DNA of 64,000 bases from Minisyncoccota bacterium (GTDB lineage: Bacteria; Patescibacteriota; Minisyncoccia; Phycocordibacterales; JBAYGS01), in assembly GCA_041666545.1 (NCBI GenBank), contig JBAYGS010000005.1:18842-82841 (forward strand). Reading direction: 5' to 3'. Within the stretch, counting starts at the first letter, position 1. Every line of letters starts with the position of its first letter. Position numbers and translations under genes: made by a program. Below the pieces are notes generated by a model. It saw only the letters and a list, made by a program, of their open reading frames with translations. It was not told the DNA's origin and made no database searches. Positions 35,612 through 45,016 of the stretch are shown piece after piece.

Positions 35612-37753
35612 CTACTTTCTTGACTCCACAATCGTCTTCTCAACGTTTGGAGGTACGACTTCATAATGATCGAATTCCATCATGGCGTTGCCCCTACCTT
35701 CGGTCATCGAGCGAAGTTGAGTCGTATAGCCGAACATTTCAGAAAGTGGCACTTTGGCCTTAATAGCCTTGTTCATTCCCCTCTCCTCGAAGCCTTCAAT
35801 CTGACCTCGTTTGGAATTCAAACTGCCAGTGACATCGCCCATAAATTTCTCCGGAACAATGACTTCAACTTTCATGACTGGCTCAAGAATGACTGGACGA
35901 GCTCGTTTGGCGGCTTCTTGGAAAGCCTGTGAGGCGGCAATCTTGTAAGCAATTTCCGATGAGTCGACATCGTGGTAAGAACCGAAAGTCAGTTCGCAAG
36001 AAATATTGACCATCTTGAAACCGGCCACAATTCCGCGATCCATCGCCTCATGGACACCCTTTTCAACCGCCGGAATAAATTCTTGAGGAATCACACCACC
36101 TTTAATCGAGTCGATAAATTCAAAGTCATCATAGCGTTTAACATTTTTCGGAATCTTCTTACCTTCTGGTACCGGTTCCATCGGCTTGAGAGTAATTTTG
36201 ACATGACCATATTGACCCTTACCACCGGACTGCTTGATGTATTTATGTTCGGCTTCGGCAGTACCCATAATGGTTTCTCGATAAGCTACTTGAGGTTTGC
36301 CGACATTGGCATCGACAGTAAATTCTCGTTTCATTCGATCAACCATGATTTCCAAGTGCAATTCGCCCATTCCCGAGATAATCGTCTCGCCAGTTTCGGT
36401 GTTGGAGCTGATTTTAAAGGTTGGATCTTCATCAGAAAGTTTCTTCAAGGCCATACCCATCTTTTCTTGGTCGGCTTTGGTCTTTGGTTCAATACGAAGT
36501 GAAACCACCGGATCAACGAATTTAATCGGATCAAGAATAATCGGACTATTTTCATCGCAGAAAGTGTGAGAAGTCTTAGCGTTTTTTAGACCGACAGCGG
36601 CGGCAATTTCACCGGCAAAAACTTTTTTAACTTCCTCTCTTTTATCAGCTTGCAAGCGAACGATTCGGCCCAAGCGCTCTTTCTCACCTGTGGTGGAATT
36701 GTAAAGATAGGTACCCGCTTCAATGGTGCCGGAATAGACTCGGAAGAAAGTTAGTTGACCGACGAAAGGATCGTTTTGCAGCTTGAAGGCCAGAGCAGAA
36801 AAAGGCTCAGTGTCAGAGGCATGGCGATAAATCTCCTCGCCAGTATTTGGATCAAGGCCGTGAATCGGCGGCATATCGAGAGGTGAAGGTAGGTAGTCGA
36901 CAACAGCATCAAGTACCAACTGCACACCTTTGTTCTTCAAGGCCGAACCGGTAAGCACCGGCACAAATTTGTTTTCAATCGTGGCCTTGCGGATGACTTT
37001 TTTCAAATCTTCGACTGCCGGAATTTTACCCTCAAGATAGGCGGACATCATGGCATCATCGTGTTCAACCGCCTTTTCAAGCAAAATGTGATGGTATTTT
37101 TCCGCTTCCGCTTTGTACTCCTCTGGAATTTCCGCGATACGAATATCTTTGCCCATTTCGCCTTCGAAATAGTAGGCCTTCATAGTCAAAAGATCGATGA
37201 TACCGGCAAAATGTTCTTCCAAACCGATTGGAATCTGCATCCGAACAGCACTTTTGGTCAGACGGTCGAGAATCGAAGCGTAGGAGCGCTCGAAAGAAGC
37301 GCCCATTCGGTCTAGTTTGTTGATGAAGCAGATTCGAGGCACCTTGCCGTCGTCCGCATAACGCCAGTTGGTCTCTGACTGAGGCTCAACACCGGCCACG
37401 CCGTCAAAAACCACCACGGCACCGTCGAGGACTCGGAGTGAACGCTTAACTTCGACAGTAAAGTCGATGTGTCCAGGGGTGTCGATAATATTGAAACGCT
37501 GTTTTTGAGAAATATCCTTCCCCATGTAGCTCGGGTTCCAAAAACAGGTAATGGCGGCGGCGGTAATCGTGATACCTCGCTCTCTCTCCTGCTCCATCCA
37601 GTCAGTGACAGTGTTGCCTTCGTGCACTTCGCCGATTTTATGGCTTTCGCCGGTGTAGTACAAAACGCGCTCGGAGGTAGTGGTTTTGCCGGCATCAATG
37701 TGGGCAATGATACCGAAATTGCGAACCTTCTCTAATGGATAATCACGATTCAT
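35612..37753 (-). CDS. fusA: Elongation factor G
   Basis: 713 aa, canonical: AHIDAGKTTT, DTPGHIDF. Confidence 0.95.
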   Translation of the reverse strand: MNRDYPLEKVRNFGIIAHIDAGKTTTSERVLYYTGESHKIGEVHEGNTVTDWMEQERERGITITAAAITCFWNPSYMGKDISQKQRFNIIDTPGHIDFTVEVKRSLRVLDGAVVVFDGVAGVEPQSETNWRYADDGKVPRICFINKLDRMGASFERSYASILDRLTKSAVRMQIPIGLEEHFAGIIDLLTMKAYYFEGEMGKDIRIAEIPEEYKAEAEKYHHILLEKAVEHDDAMMSAYLEGKIPAVEDLKKVIRKATIENKFVPVLTGSALKNKGVQLVLDAVVDYLPSPLDMPPIHGLDPNTGEEIYRHASDTEPFSALAFKLQNDPFVGQLTFFRVYSGTIEAGTYLYNSTTGEKERLGRIVRLQADKREEVKKVFAGEIAAAVGLKNAKTSHTFCDENSPIILDPIKFVDPVVSLRIEPKTKADQEKMGMALKKLSDEDPTFKISSNTETGETIISGMGELHLEIMVDRMKREFTVDANVGKPQVAYRETIMGTAEAEHKYIKQSGGKGQYGHVKITLKPMEPVPEGKKIPKNVKRYDDFEFIDSIKGGVIPQEFIPAVEKGVHEAMDRGIVAGFKMVNISCELTFGSYHDVDSSEIAYKIAASQAFQEAAKRARPVILEPVMKVEVIVPEKFMGDVTGSLNSKRGQIEGFEERGMNKAIKAKVPLSEMFGYTTQLRSMTEGRGNAMMEFDHYEVVPPNVEKTIVESRK

Positions 37754-37924
37754 AAATGATAATAATTAAAAAAGCACAAAGGTGCCGTGTTAGACCTATA
37801 GATTACAAGAAAGGCCGGAAAAATGCAAAGTAGCAGATGGTATGGAGTATAAAGTATATGGTAGATGGTATGAAAAAAGCAGATATGTAAAGGCCCGCGG
37901 AATCCGATTCCGCGGGCCAAACTG

Positions 37925-38248
37925 TCACAAATGAACAGCCCGATCCTTGAAGGCTGACTCAAAAATGAGCCGACCTAGACTGCCACCAAACTCGAGCCCC
38001 TCTCCGGCGGTTATCGCCCCAGAAGCAACCAGCTTGTGGAGCTCCTTGGACAGAATCACTGTCACCTCTTCTGCCAAAGTGACAGCACTCTCGGCTTGAC
38101 ACATTTTGCGAACCTTGGCGACCAATCCTTTGACCGGATCAACCGCCTCGGCGCCAAGAACCATCTGCCTCAGAAGTTGGTCCGCGATTTCCTGAAACCT
38201 TTTTCGTTCCATAGCATTCCTTTTGTTTTTGCTTGTCGATGCAGGCAA
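37925..38248 (-). CDS. Hypothetical protein (107 aa), GC-rich
   Basis: ORF only. It sits between fusA and rpsG. Confidence 0.3.
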   Translation of the reverse strand: MPASTSKNKRNAMERKRFQEIADQLLRQMVLGAEAVDPVKGLVAKVRKMCQAESAVTLAEEVTVILSKELHKLVASGAITAGEGLEFGGSLGRLIFESAFKDRAVHL

Positions 38249-38250
38249 CC

Positions 38251-38628
38251 CTAGGAGATGCCCTCGTAGGCCAGTCCGCAGACCATTCTGACATCATCAC
38301 CGCTACCGAGCAGTGTTTTAATGGCGAAACCGACAAGACCTACGGCTGTGCCAAAACACATCGCCGCTACAAGGGCGACCAGTGGCACCGCAAAGGACAC
38401 GGTCCAATCGGCAGATGTCTGACAATTAACGGCAACATACCCGGCGAGCCATCGACTAACGATGAAGAGCGTGCCCGCCGACAGTAGACAGACTGTGGTT
38501 GCCAAGGGTCGCCGCCACCACAGATTGTCCTTTCCGCTCACTACATCGGCCCAGCCGCGAATTATCGCGACCATCACCATAATGCACATGACGGTGACAG
38601 CAACCGGTTTGATCATTTCGATGTTCAT
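38251..38628 (-). CDS. Hypothetical membrane protein (125 aa, three or four TM helices), GC-rich
   Basis: Hydrophobic ORF 2 nt upstream of 37925..38248. Confidence 0.4.
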   Translation of the reverse strand: MNIEMIKPVAVTVMCIMVMVAIIRGWADVVSGKDNLWWRRPLATTVCLLSAGTLFIVSRWLAGYVAVNCQTSADWTVSFAVPLVALVAAMCFGTAVGLVGFAIKTLLGSGDDVRMVCGLAYEGIS

Positions 38629-38744
38629 GCTTTTGCCTTTCTCTTTGTTTTGTTTGTTTTCTGACTTTCTATGTGTATTATATCAAATTTGAGCCGACTT
38701 GTCAATCACTATTCCCGCCTTATTTATAGCCCTAAAATGAGGCC

Positions 38745-38790
38745 ACAAGAGTAAAACCGCCCAGGGGCGGTTTTACTCTGTTTTTATTTA
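38745..38790. terminator. Terminator hairpin AAAACCGCCCAGGGGCGGTTTT with T-runs, downstream of rpsG; it splits the str operon
   Basis: Perfect GC hairpin and T-tract on the minus strand after the rpsG stop. Confidence 0.55.
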
Positions 38791-38952
38791 GTTTTGAGGA
38801 AAGTTCGAGCCGCGTCAGGAATTTTTGCTCAAGCTTCTTATCGATGACGAGTGCCGACTAATTTCAAAAAGACTAGCGAGTGCGACGGCACGAGCTCGAG
38901 GAAAATTTCAGCAGAAATTTATCCGTGCTTTTTGAAATTAGTCAAAGCGAGT

Positions 38953-39423
38953 TTACCAGGCGAAGTGAGCGAAGGCCTTGTTCGCCTCTGCCATCTTGTG
39001 AGTGTTTTCTCTCTTCTTAACCGCCTCACCTTCGTTTTTAGATGCCAAAATGATTTCTTCAGCTAATTTTTCAGCCATTGGTTTGCCCTTTTTGGAGCGA
39101 GCCGCATCAACAATCCATTTCATACCCATGGCCTGTCGTCTCTCCGGACGAACTTCTCGAGGCACTTGGTAGTTGGCACCACCGACTCGTCGTGAGCGAA
39201 CCTCCATCAAAGGTGAAGTATTCTTTAAGGCAACTTCAAAAAGCTCGAGTGGGTTTTCGGTCTTGGCCTTCTCCTTCAAGCTGGCGAGTGCGCCATAAAC
39301 CACCTTGCGGGCGGTCACTTTCTTGCCGTCAAACATCAAATAATTCACCAACTTGGAAACTTTTGGCGAGCTATAAACTAAATCTGGAGCAATAGGCTTT
39401 TTGGTTTTAAGTTTTCTACGCAT
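38953..39423 (-). CDS. rpsG: 30S ribosomal protein S7
   Basis: Canonical S7. Confidence 0.9.
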   Translation of the reverse strand: MRRKLKTKKPIAPDLVYSSPKVSKLVNYLMFDGKKVTARKVVYGALASLKEKAKTENPLELFEVALKNTSPLMEVRSRRVGGANYQVPREVRPERRQAMGMKWIVDAARSKKGKPMAEKLAEEIILASKNEGEAVKKRENTHKMAEANKAFAHFAW

Positions 39424-39507
39424 GTTTTAGATTGATTTAAGAATTATGATTCACGATTCAAGAATTTAAGACTTTTCATTCCTGAATCTTGAATCCTGAA
39501 TCTGACT

Positions 39508-39921
39508 TTAGGCTTTCTTCGGTCTCTTGGTACCGTACTGACTGCGACCCTTGCGACGAGTCTCGACGCCGGTGGTATCGAGGACGCCACGGACAACCTG
39601 ATAGCGCAGACCGACATCCTTAACGCGACCACCACGAAGCATTACCACAGAGTGCTCTTGAAGGGCGTGGCCCATACCTGGAATATAAGCGGTGACCTCC
39701 AAACCGTTGGTCAAGCGAACGCGAGCAATTTTTCGAATAGCGGAGTTAGGCTTTTTCGGAGTCTTGGTGGTCACTTTAGTACAGACACCTCGTTTGAAAG
39801 GCGAAGGGAAAAAGACCGGTCGGTTTTTAACAGTATTGAAAGAACGCAAAAGTGCCACCGACTTTGGTTTGCGGTAGGTCTTGGTCCGTCGTCTTTTAAC
39901 TAGTTGATTGATGGTTGGCAC
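39508..39921 (-). CDS. rpsL: 30S ribosomal protein S12 (apparent GTG start)
   Basis: [11 protein letters not shown]...PNSAIRK... is canonical S12. Confidence 0.9.
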   Translation of the reverse strand: MPTINQLVKRRRTKTYRKPKSVALLRSFNTVKNRPVFFPSPFKRGVCTKVTTKTPKKPNSAIRKIARVRLTNGLEVTAYIPGMGHALQEHSVVMLRGGRVKDVGLRYQVVRGVLDTTGVETRRKGRSQYGTKRPKKA

Positions 39922-39924
39922 GAT

Positions 39925-39990
39925 ATTTAATGGAAAATGGAAATCTCAAAATGAAAAATTATAAGATCTCAAATTAAACTAAAATTAGCC
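39925..39990. repeat. AT-rich repeat (inverted copy of the TTTTCATTTTGAGATTTcCATTTTCC family) upstream of rpsL; contains a TTATAAT box in the rpsL sense
   Basis: GGAAAATGGAAATCTCAAAATGAAAAATTATAAGATCTCAAA. Confidence 0.55.
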
Positions 39991-40035
39991 CAAGGGCTGT
40001 GTAGGCACTAATCTACTATGGTTCAATAATAATTG

Positions 40036-40094
40036 CAACCCCGTTAGAGACAGCTCGTCGCCCCGACGACCTGTCTCTAACGGGGGCAACCCCT
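40036..40094. repeat. Long perfect hairpin GCAACCCCGTTAGAGACAG-ctcgtcgccccgacgac-CTGTCTCTAACGGGGGCAAC, a short member of the CCCGTTAGAGA TIR family; likely terminator of the surface-protein gene
   Basis: 19-bp stem. It lies between the stop of 40122..42662 and the rpsL promoter region. Confidence 0.6.
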
Positions 40095-40121
40095 TGTGTC
40101 AAAATCTCGAGGGTACGCCGT

Positions 40122-42581
40122 CTACGGGGTCGTAGTGGCCGTGGTTAAGCTTTCCGAAGTCAAGTTGAAGCTGGGATTTAACGGCTCGACAACATTAACA
40201 ACTCGCTCGGCAGTTCCCACATTGCCGGCTTGGTCCGTGGCGGTGTAGACAACGGTGTAGGCACCGACAATCGAAGTATCGACTTCGTCCCCAGAAGTAG
40301 TGACTCCCAAATTGTTATTCACATTGTCAGTGACAGTAGCACCTAGATCGGCGTAGCTATTCCCTTTCTCGACAGTGGCCGGATTATTGCCGGCAACCGT
40401 AATAACCGGAGGTTCTGAATCAGTAGGAGAAGCTTCGTTAGCTTGATCAGCTTCATTAGAAGAAGTGGAGGAGGCGACGGAGTTTCCGACAGAGGCGGAT
40501 TGATTGAGACCGTTTTTATTCAAAAGCTCTTGGAGTTCGGTTTTGGTAATACAGACATCCTCAACGCAGAGTTTTTTCACTGTTAGTGTGTCGGCAATAA
40601 TATTTTTGAAAGTCGCCAGACCGGAAGTGATATCAGTGCCCAAATCCCGCAAGGAACCGACAACCGAGTCGAAGGAAATGCCACTTGCATAGCCGCGATT
40701 TTCTAGAGCCTTCACCTTTTCCGAAAGCGCTTGAATACCGATTAGCGCCACGCCGGCCGGGTCAATACTGGAGATTGATTTACCACCCGAAGGTCCCCCA
40801 ACTTGAAAAGTCTGGTAGAAATCTTCCGCAATCGGACCGATATGCGTCACATCAGACGGTTCAGTTTTGTAATTCCAGCGAGTAATATCCAGGGAATTAA
40901 TTTTTCCCAAAACATCTTGTGGGTCGAGCTCGGTAAAATTCTCCTTGAGCCCACGAGAAGAAGCGTTGGTCCAGGATCCACCAGTAGTCACATAGGCCCC
41001 GGAATCCATTGTTAATGGCCCGAGAGTTGGAGTAGTTGTACCGATACCGACATTACCGCTTGAGTTGATTATAAAGTAGGTTCTAGTCGAAGAACCGACT
41101 ACAAAACTAGGAGTACCGGCCGGAGCGTGAACAGAAAGCTGACCCAAAGGAGTCGAAGTGCCGATACCAACCAGACCCTGAACAACTGAACCGGTATACG
41201 CCAAAATTACATTTCCCCCCGTGAGCCCGGAGCCCCCGTAAATTGAAACATTGGCGCCTGCCACACTACCGGTATTACTGTTTCCTCCCCTGATAGTCAC
41301 CGCTCCACCGGCATCTGATGTATTATCGCCACCGCGCAAAACCGCCGTCCCGGCGCCTGCGCCAGTATTATCTCCGCCCTGAAGAGTTGCCGTGCCTCCA
41401 CCGCTTGCACCGGCGCCACCGGCTTTGATTAGTACATCACCCGGGCTACCCGAAAGGCCGTCGCCCGCAGTGATAGTGATTGTTCCACCATTTCCATTTT
41501 GAGCTGAACCGGCAGTTATATTGATCGGACCACCATTGCTACTAGCATCAGTTCCGCCTCCACCAGATTTAAGAGTAAGTGTGCCTCCAGCCCCGGACGA
41601 ACCATCGCCGGCACGAAAAGTGGCCGACCCACCAATATTACTATCTCCGCCGTGGGTCGTTAGCGCACCACCGGTGTATCCGCTACCACCTCGAATCGTC
41701 ACTGAACCACCCGTGCTACCAGTATTGCCACCACCGATACCGGCCATAATCAAAAGTGACCCGCCAAAACCATTACCCGAGGTCGAGACGGCACCACCGG
41801 CCAAAATATCTAGGTCTGTACCGTTAACATCCGTATCCGCCGAGGTCGTTCCAACTTGAAATTTTCTCAACCCCGAACTCAAGCCCGACAGGAAGATATT
41901 TCCGGCTACTTCCAATTTACCTTCCGGCGTAGTCGTCCCTATTCCCACATTGCTCGCGGTCGAAACGAATAAAGTTGAGGTCGCCGTCACCGCATTCGAA
42001 GCCGCGGCATAAAATGGAACTTGACCAATAGAGGTAGCGGCATTCACTGTTCCTGAGCCGCCACCTGCGCCAACACAGGACCCGTTGACTGCAAAACAAC
42101 CACTCAACAAATTGATACCGCCAGTCGAACGAAAAGTTGAAGTGGCCGTACCGAAGTTGGCGACCCCTTGAACACTGAGAAGTGTGCCGGGGGTCGTGGT
42201 CGCCCCGATTCCGACATTGCCGGTATAATCAATATGAAACACGGTGCTAGTGGCTGAATTGGTTGAAGAACTGACAGTAAACAATGGCGAGGTACCCAAG
42301 GATGAGACCCCGGCGACTGAAAGTTTGGCCCATGGGGTACTGGTGCCGATACCATATTTGTTGGTGGTCGTGTCAACGGCAATTTGCAAAACCGTACAAT
42401 TAGCCGAGCCTGGCGTACACCCCGGATCCAGAGTCTCCCCTGGAGCAAAGGGCGCCGCGAACGCCGTACTGACACCAACGACTAGAAAAAGCATCGCTAC
42501 TAACAGAGACGCGAGCAGCGACGGACCGAGTAAATCGAAATAACCACGGGCAACTAAATTTAAGTTCTTCCGCATTGCCAT
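40122..42581 (-). CDS. Large secreted Gly/Thr/Ser-rich beta-helix-like surface protein with an intramolecular-chaperone (endosialidase/tail-fibre Peptidase_S74-like) domain followed by a C-terminal Ig-like domain
   Basis: The signal peptide runs from the Met at about 42581 (MRKNLNLVARGYFDLLGPSLLASLLVAMLFLVVGVSTAFA). The motif NVGIGTTTP recurs and GGxGxxGG tracts are present. LGKINSLDITRWNYKTEPSDVTHIGPIAEDFYQTF...IDPAGVALIGIQALSEKVKALENR matches the tail-spike chaperone domain. It is followed by PPVITVAGNNPATVEKGNSYADLGATVTDN...YTVVYTATDQAGN, which is DUF5011/Ig-like. Confidence 0.55.
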   Translation of the reverse strand: MAMRKNLNLVARGYFDLLGPSLLASLLVAMLFLVVGVSTAFAAPFAPGETLDPGCTPGSANCTVLQIAVDTTTNKYGIGTSTPWAKLSVAGVSSLGTSPLFTVSSSTNSATSTVFHIDYTGNVGIGATTTPGTLLSVQGVANFGTATSTFRSTGGINLLSGCFAVNGSCVGAGGGSGTVNAATSIGQVPFYAAASNAVTATSTLFVSTASNVGIGTTTPEGKLEVAGNIFLSGLSSGLRKFQVGTTSADTDVNGTDLDILAGGAVSTSGNGFGGSLLIMAGIGGGNTGSTGGSVTIRGGSGYTGGALTTHGGDSNIGGSATFRAGDGSSGAGGTLTLKSGGGGTDASSNGGPINITAGSAQNGNGGTITITAGDGLSGSPGDVLIKAGGAGASGGGTATLQGGDNTGAGAGTAVLRGGDNTSDAGGAVTIRGGNSNTGSVAGANVSIYGGSGLTGGNVILAYTGSVVQGLVGIGTSTPLGQLSVHAPAGTPSFVVGSSTRTYFIINSSGNVGIGTTTPTLGPLTMDSGAYVTTGGSWTNASSRGLKENFTELDPQDVLGKINSLDITRWNYKTEPSDVTHIGPIAEDFYQTFQVGGPSGGKSISSIDPAGVALIGIQALSEKVKALENRGYASGISFDSVVGSLRDLGTDITSGLATFKNIIADTLTVKKLCVEDVCITKTELQELLNKNGLNQSASVGNSVASSTSSNEADQANEASPTDSEPPVITVAGNNPATVEKGNSYADLGATVTDNVNNNLGVTTSGDEVDTSIVGAYTVVYTATDQAGNVGTAERVVNVVEPLNPSFNLTSESLTTATTTP

Positions 42582-42683
42582 AATTATACAGCAAAATCCC
42601 AAGCCGGATTTAGCCAAACTGTTGATAGCTCTACCGTGAATTGGTGATTTGCTATTTAACATTTAGAGCGGTATATTATTGGT

Positions 42684-43079
42684 ATGGAAAACACTCCCGC
42701 GGCCAAAGCTAAAGTTTTAATTATCGAGGATGATAAATTTTTTATCGACCTCTTGGCCAAGCGCTTGAGCCAAGCCGGCTTCGCAGTCCTCTTTGCCAAC
42801 GACGGCAAGTCTGGAATTGCTATTATTAAAACCGAGAAGCCAGCCGTAGTACTTCTGGATGTCCTCTTGCCGGAGACTGACGGCTTTGAAGTTTTGAGTC
42901 AGATCAAGGCCGACGAGAGCACCAAAGCCATCCCGGTTATCCTGCTTTCAAATCTCGGCTCAAAAGAAAATCTCGAAAAGTCTCAGAAATTCGGCGCTTA
43001 CAACTTCATGATTAAGGCCACAGTCTCACTCGACCAAATCATCAAAGAGGCAACCAAGGCTATCTCAAGCATTAAGTAG
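42684..43079 (+). CDS. Standalone response-regulator receiver domain (CheY-like)
   Basis: KVLIIEDDKFFIDLL...VVLLDVLLPETDGFEVLSQIK...IPVILLSNLGS is the REC domain with the D-D-K triad. The terminator AAAAACCTCCCTTCGGAGGTTTTTTAG follows at 43092-43125. Confidence 0.8.
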   Translation: MENTPAAKAKVLIIEDDKFFIDLLAKRLSQAGFAVLFANDGKSGIAIIKTEKPAVVLLDVLLPETDGFEVLSQIKADESTKAIPVILLSNLGSKENLEKSQKFGAYNFMIKATVSLDQIIKEATKAISSIK

Positions 43080-43129
43080 AAATCAGAAAACTAAAAAACC
43101 TCCCTTCGGAGGTTTTTTAGTTTTCTGAT

Positions 43130-45016
43130 CTAACCGATTAGGATTTCTCGATCAATAATCCCCTTCTTGGCGGCAATCGGCTCCGAAGTGTAAACCGGCA
43201 AATATGAGCCATCGTCATTTTTCTTCTCAAACTTTAGAATGTAAGTGCCAGTCTTATCGGGAGCTAACAAGAAATACCGCCCAAACTGATCGGTCACCTT
43301 CTGCATCACTTCAATATCGGTGCCAGAGTCAAAAACATGAACCAAGGCAAACGAGAGTGGCAGGCCAGTGTTCTTATCTTTCACCACTCCATAAGGTTTG
43401 TTGCCAAGACCGAAGACACGAAGCAAAAGTAAGACGATATAAAGAGCAAAAATTCCGATATTGTAAGGCTGTGGCGCGGCAAAGAGCGCAATCACAGCAA
43501 CGACAAAACCAAAGACGAAAAGCCAGTCGGTAATCTTGCGAATCAAACGATCATGTCTCGAGTAAAAATTCATCAGACCCTTATCTTTCTTGGCAAATTC
43601 ATTCCAGTCGAATTTTAGTGGGTCAAGCGGAATGTTCCGAGTAATCACCGCCCCCAGATTATCGACGGTAAGTTGTTCGCCGAAATAAAGGTCACCGTAA
43701 AGTTCATCCTTACCTCTTCCGGCCAAACGATCCGACGGAAAGACATAGTTGGTTTTGTTGGCCACGATTCGATAAGTGCCAGGACTTAAAAGAAAACCAT
43801 AGCGACCGTCGAGGTCGGTGATCGAGGTGTCGATTTCTTTACCATTCATATCATAGAGAACTACATAAGCCGGATCGAGCGGTTGTTTGGTGACACTGTC
43901 ATAGACAGTACCCCAAGGCAAGCGCCGTTTTTTCAGATTGAAAGCGGCCAGGAGCAGACCCCAGAGTCGCAAAGGCAAAAGGAAAATCTCCGAAATGGAC
44001 ACCGGGTTTACGAACAGGGCCGAAGCCGTCACCAGACCGCCGCCGATTGCACCGGCGGTTGCCACGGTCTTGGTCACCACCGAACCGGTCGGGGTGTTGA
44101 CGATGGCTTTGACATTTTGCGCCACCGCCGTCGCTGTCTCCACAACAAATCTGGCGCTATCTTGGACTTGAGAAATTAGATCTTGAAAAATCGCCCCTCC
44201 GCCTCCGCCGCCACCTGATGCACCACCCGCACCAACACCAGTACCCTCACCACCACCGGGAGAAGTAATGCCACAGTCCGTGCATGGTGGAGGTGGGGGC
44301 GGAGGAGGTAAAACAACTTCACACCCCACACACTCTTTTGGTGGTGGAGGAGGCAGAGACGGAGGTGGGGGTGGTAGTGAAGGTGGGGGTGGAAGTATTG
44401 TTCCGCCACCACCGCCACCTCCAGCAGGATCCGCTTCATCATTATCACCTGCGGAAGAGCAGCCTGGGTCATTCGGATAATCGATCTTGCTGTCGCTATC
44501 ATTGTCTGCACTATCATTACAGGCTATCCGATTGGCGGGCGGACGCCAGTCAGTATTAACTTTGTAATTGGTCGCCAAACAAGAATTGTCGGTCGAACAA
44601 TTAAAGATAATCCAACCAAGATTTTGACTCCAGGCATAGCCGGAAAAATCACCGGAGGAATTTATCGTGACTCCGCCGTTAGTCGGAGCAAAATTTATCC
44701 AACCGGTCACTTCGCCCCAGGCATAGCCGGAAAGTGTGCCACTGCTGTTTACCACCCCACTACCCGTCGGGGCCAAATTGATCCAACCGACAGTCTCACC
44801 CCAGGCATAGCCGGTTAAAGCCGAGTCAGTAATGTGCACATTCCCGTTAGTAGCGCCAAAATTGATGTAGCCGTATGAAGTATTCTCAAACCGAGCTTTG
44901 TCATTTGCTGAACTGCTCACTGTCCCATCGGTCGTCGATGCCGAAGCCAAAACCGGCAAAAAAATTCCCAGAACAATCGCGATGAGTTTTAATTTTTGAA
45001 TTTTAGTCATAATCAA
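43130..45016 (-). CDS. Secreted modular protein: signal peptide, SGYAWGExxGWINFAPT repeats, a poly-proline/Gly linker with CxxC, a TM segment and two CarboxypepD_reg-like (prealbumin-fold) domains
   Basis: TGYAWGETVGWINLAPT / SGYAWGEVTGWINFAPT / SGYAWSQNLGWIIFNC repeats. PPPPSLPPPPPSLPPPPPKECVGCEVVLPPPPPPPPC linker. WGTVYDSVTKQPLDPAYVVLYDMNGKEIDTSITDLDGRYGF and YGVVKDKNTGLPLSFALVHVFDSG...GRYFL are CarboxypepD_reg-like. Confidence 0.55.
   Translation of the reverse strand: MIMTKIQKLKLIAIVLGIFLPVLASASTTDGTVSSSANDKARFENTSYGYINFGATNGNVHITDSALTGYAWGETVGWINLAPTGSGVVNSSGTLSGYAWGEVTGWINFAPTNGGVTINSSGDFSGYAWSQNLGWIIFNCSTDNSCLATNYKVNTDWRPPANRIACNDSADNDSDSKIDYPNDPGCSSAGDNDEADPAGGGGGGGTILPPPPSLPPPPPSLPPPPPKECVGCEVVLPPPPPPPPCTDCGITSPGGGEGTGVGAGGASGGGGGGGAIFQDLISQVQDSARFVVETATAVAQNVKAIVNTPTGSVVTKTVATAGAIGGGLVTASALFVNPVSISEIFLLPLRLWGLLLAAFNLKKRRLPWGTVYDSVTKQPLDPAYVVLYDMNGKEIDTSITDLDGRYGFLLSPGTYRIVANKTNYVFPSDRLAGRGKDELYGDLYFGEQLTVDNLGAVITRNIPLDPLKFDWNEFAKKDKGLMNFYSRHDRLIRKITDWLFVFGFVVAVIALFAAPQPYNIGIFALYIVLLLLRVFGLGNKPYGVVKDKNTGLPLSFALVHVFDSGTDIEVMQKVTDQFGRYFLLAPDKTGTYILKFEKKNDDGSYLPVYTSEPIAAKKGIIDREILIG

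Noticed and set aside
41521-41859. Proline-rich 112-aa plus-strand ORF, and a similar Gly/Pro-rich ORF at 44268..44480.
   Set aside because: These are antisense reading frames of Gly-rich or Pro-rich coding repeats in the surface-protein genes. Open frames on the opposite strand are expected for such low-complexity codon runs.
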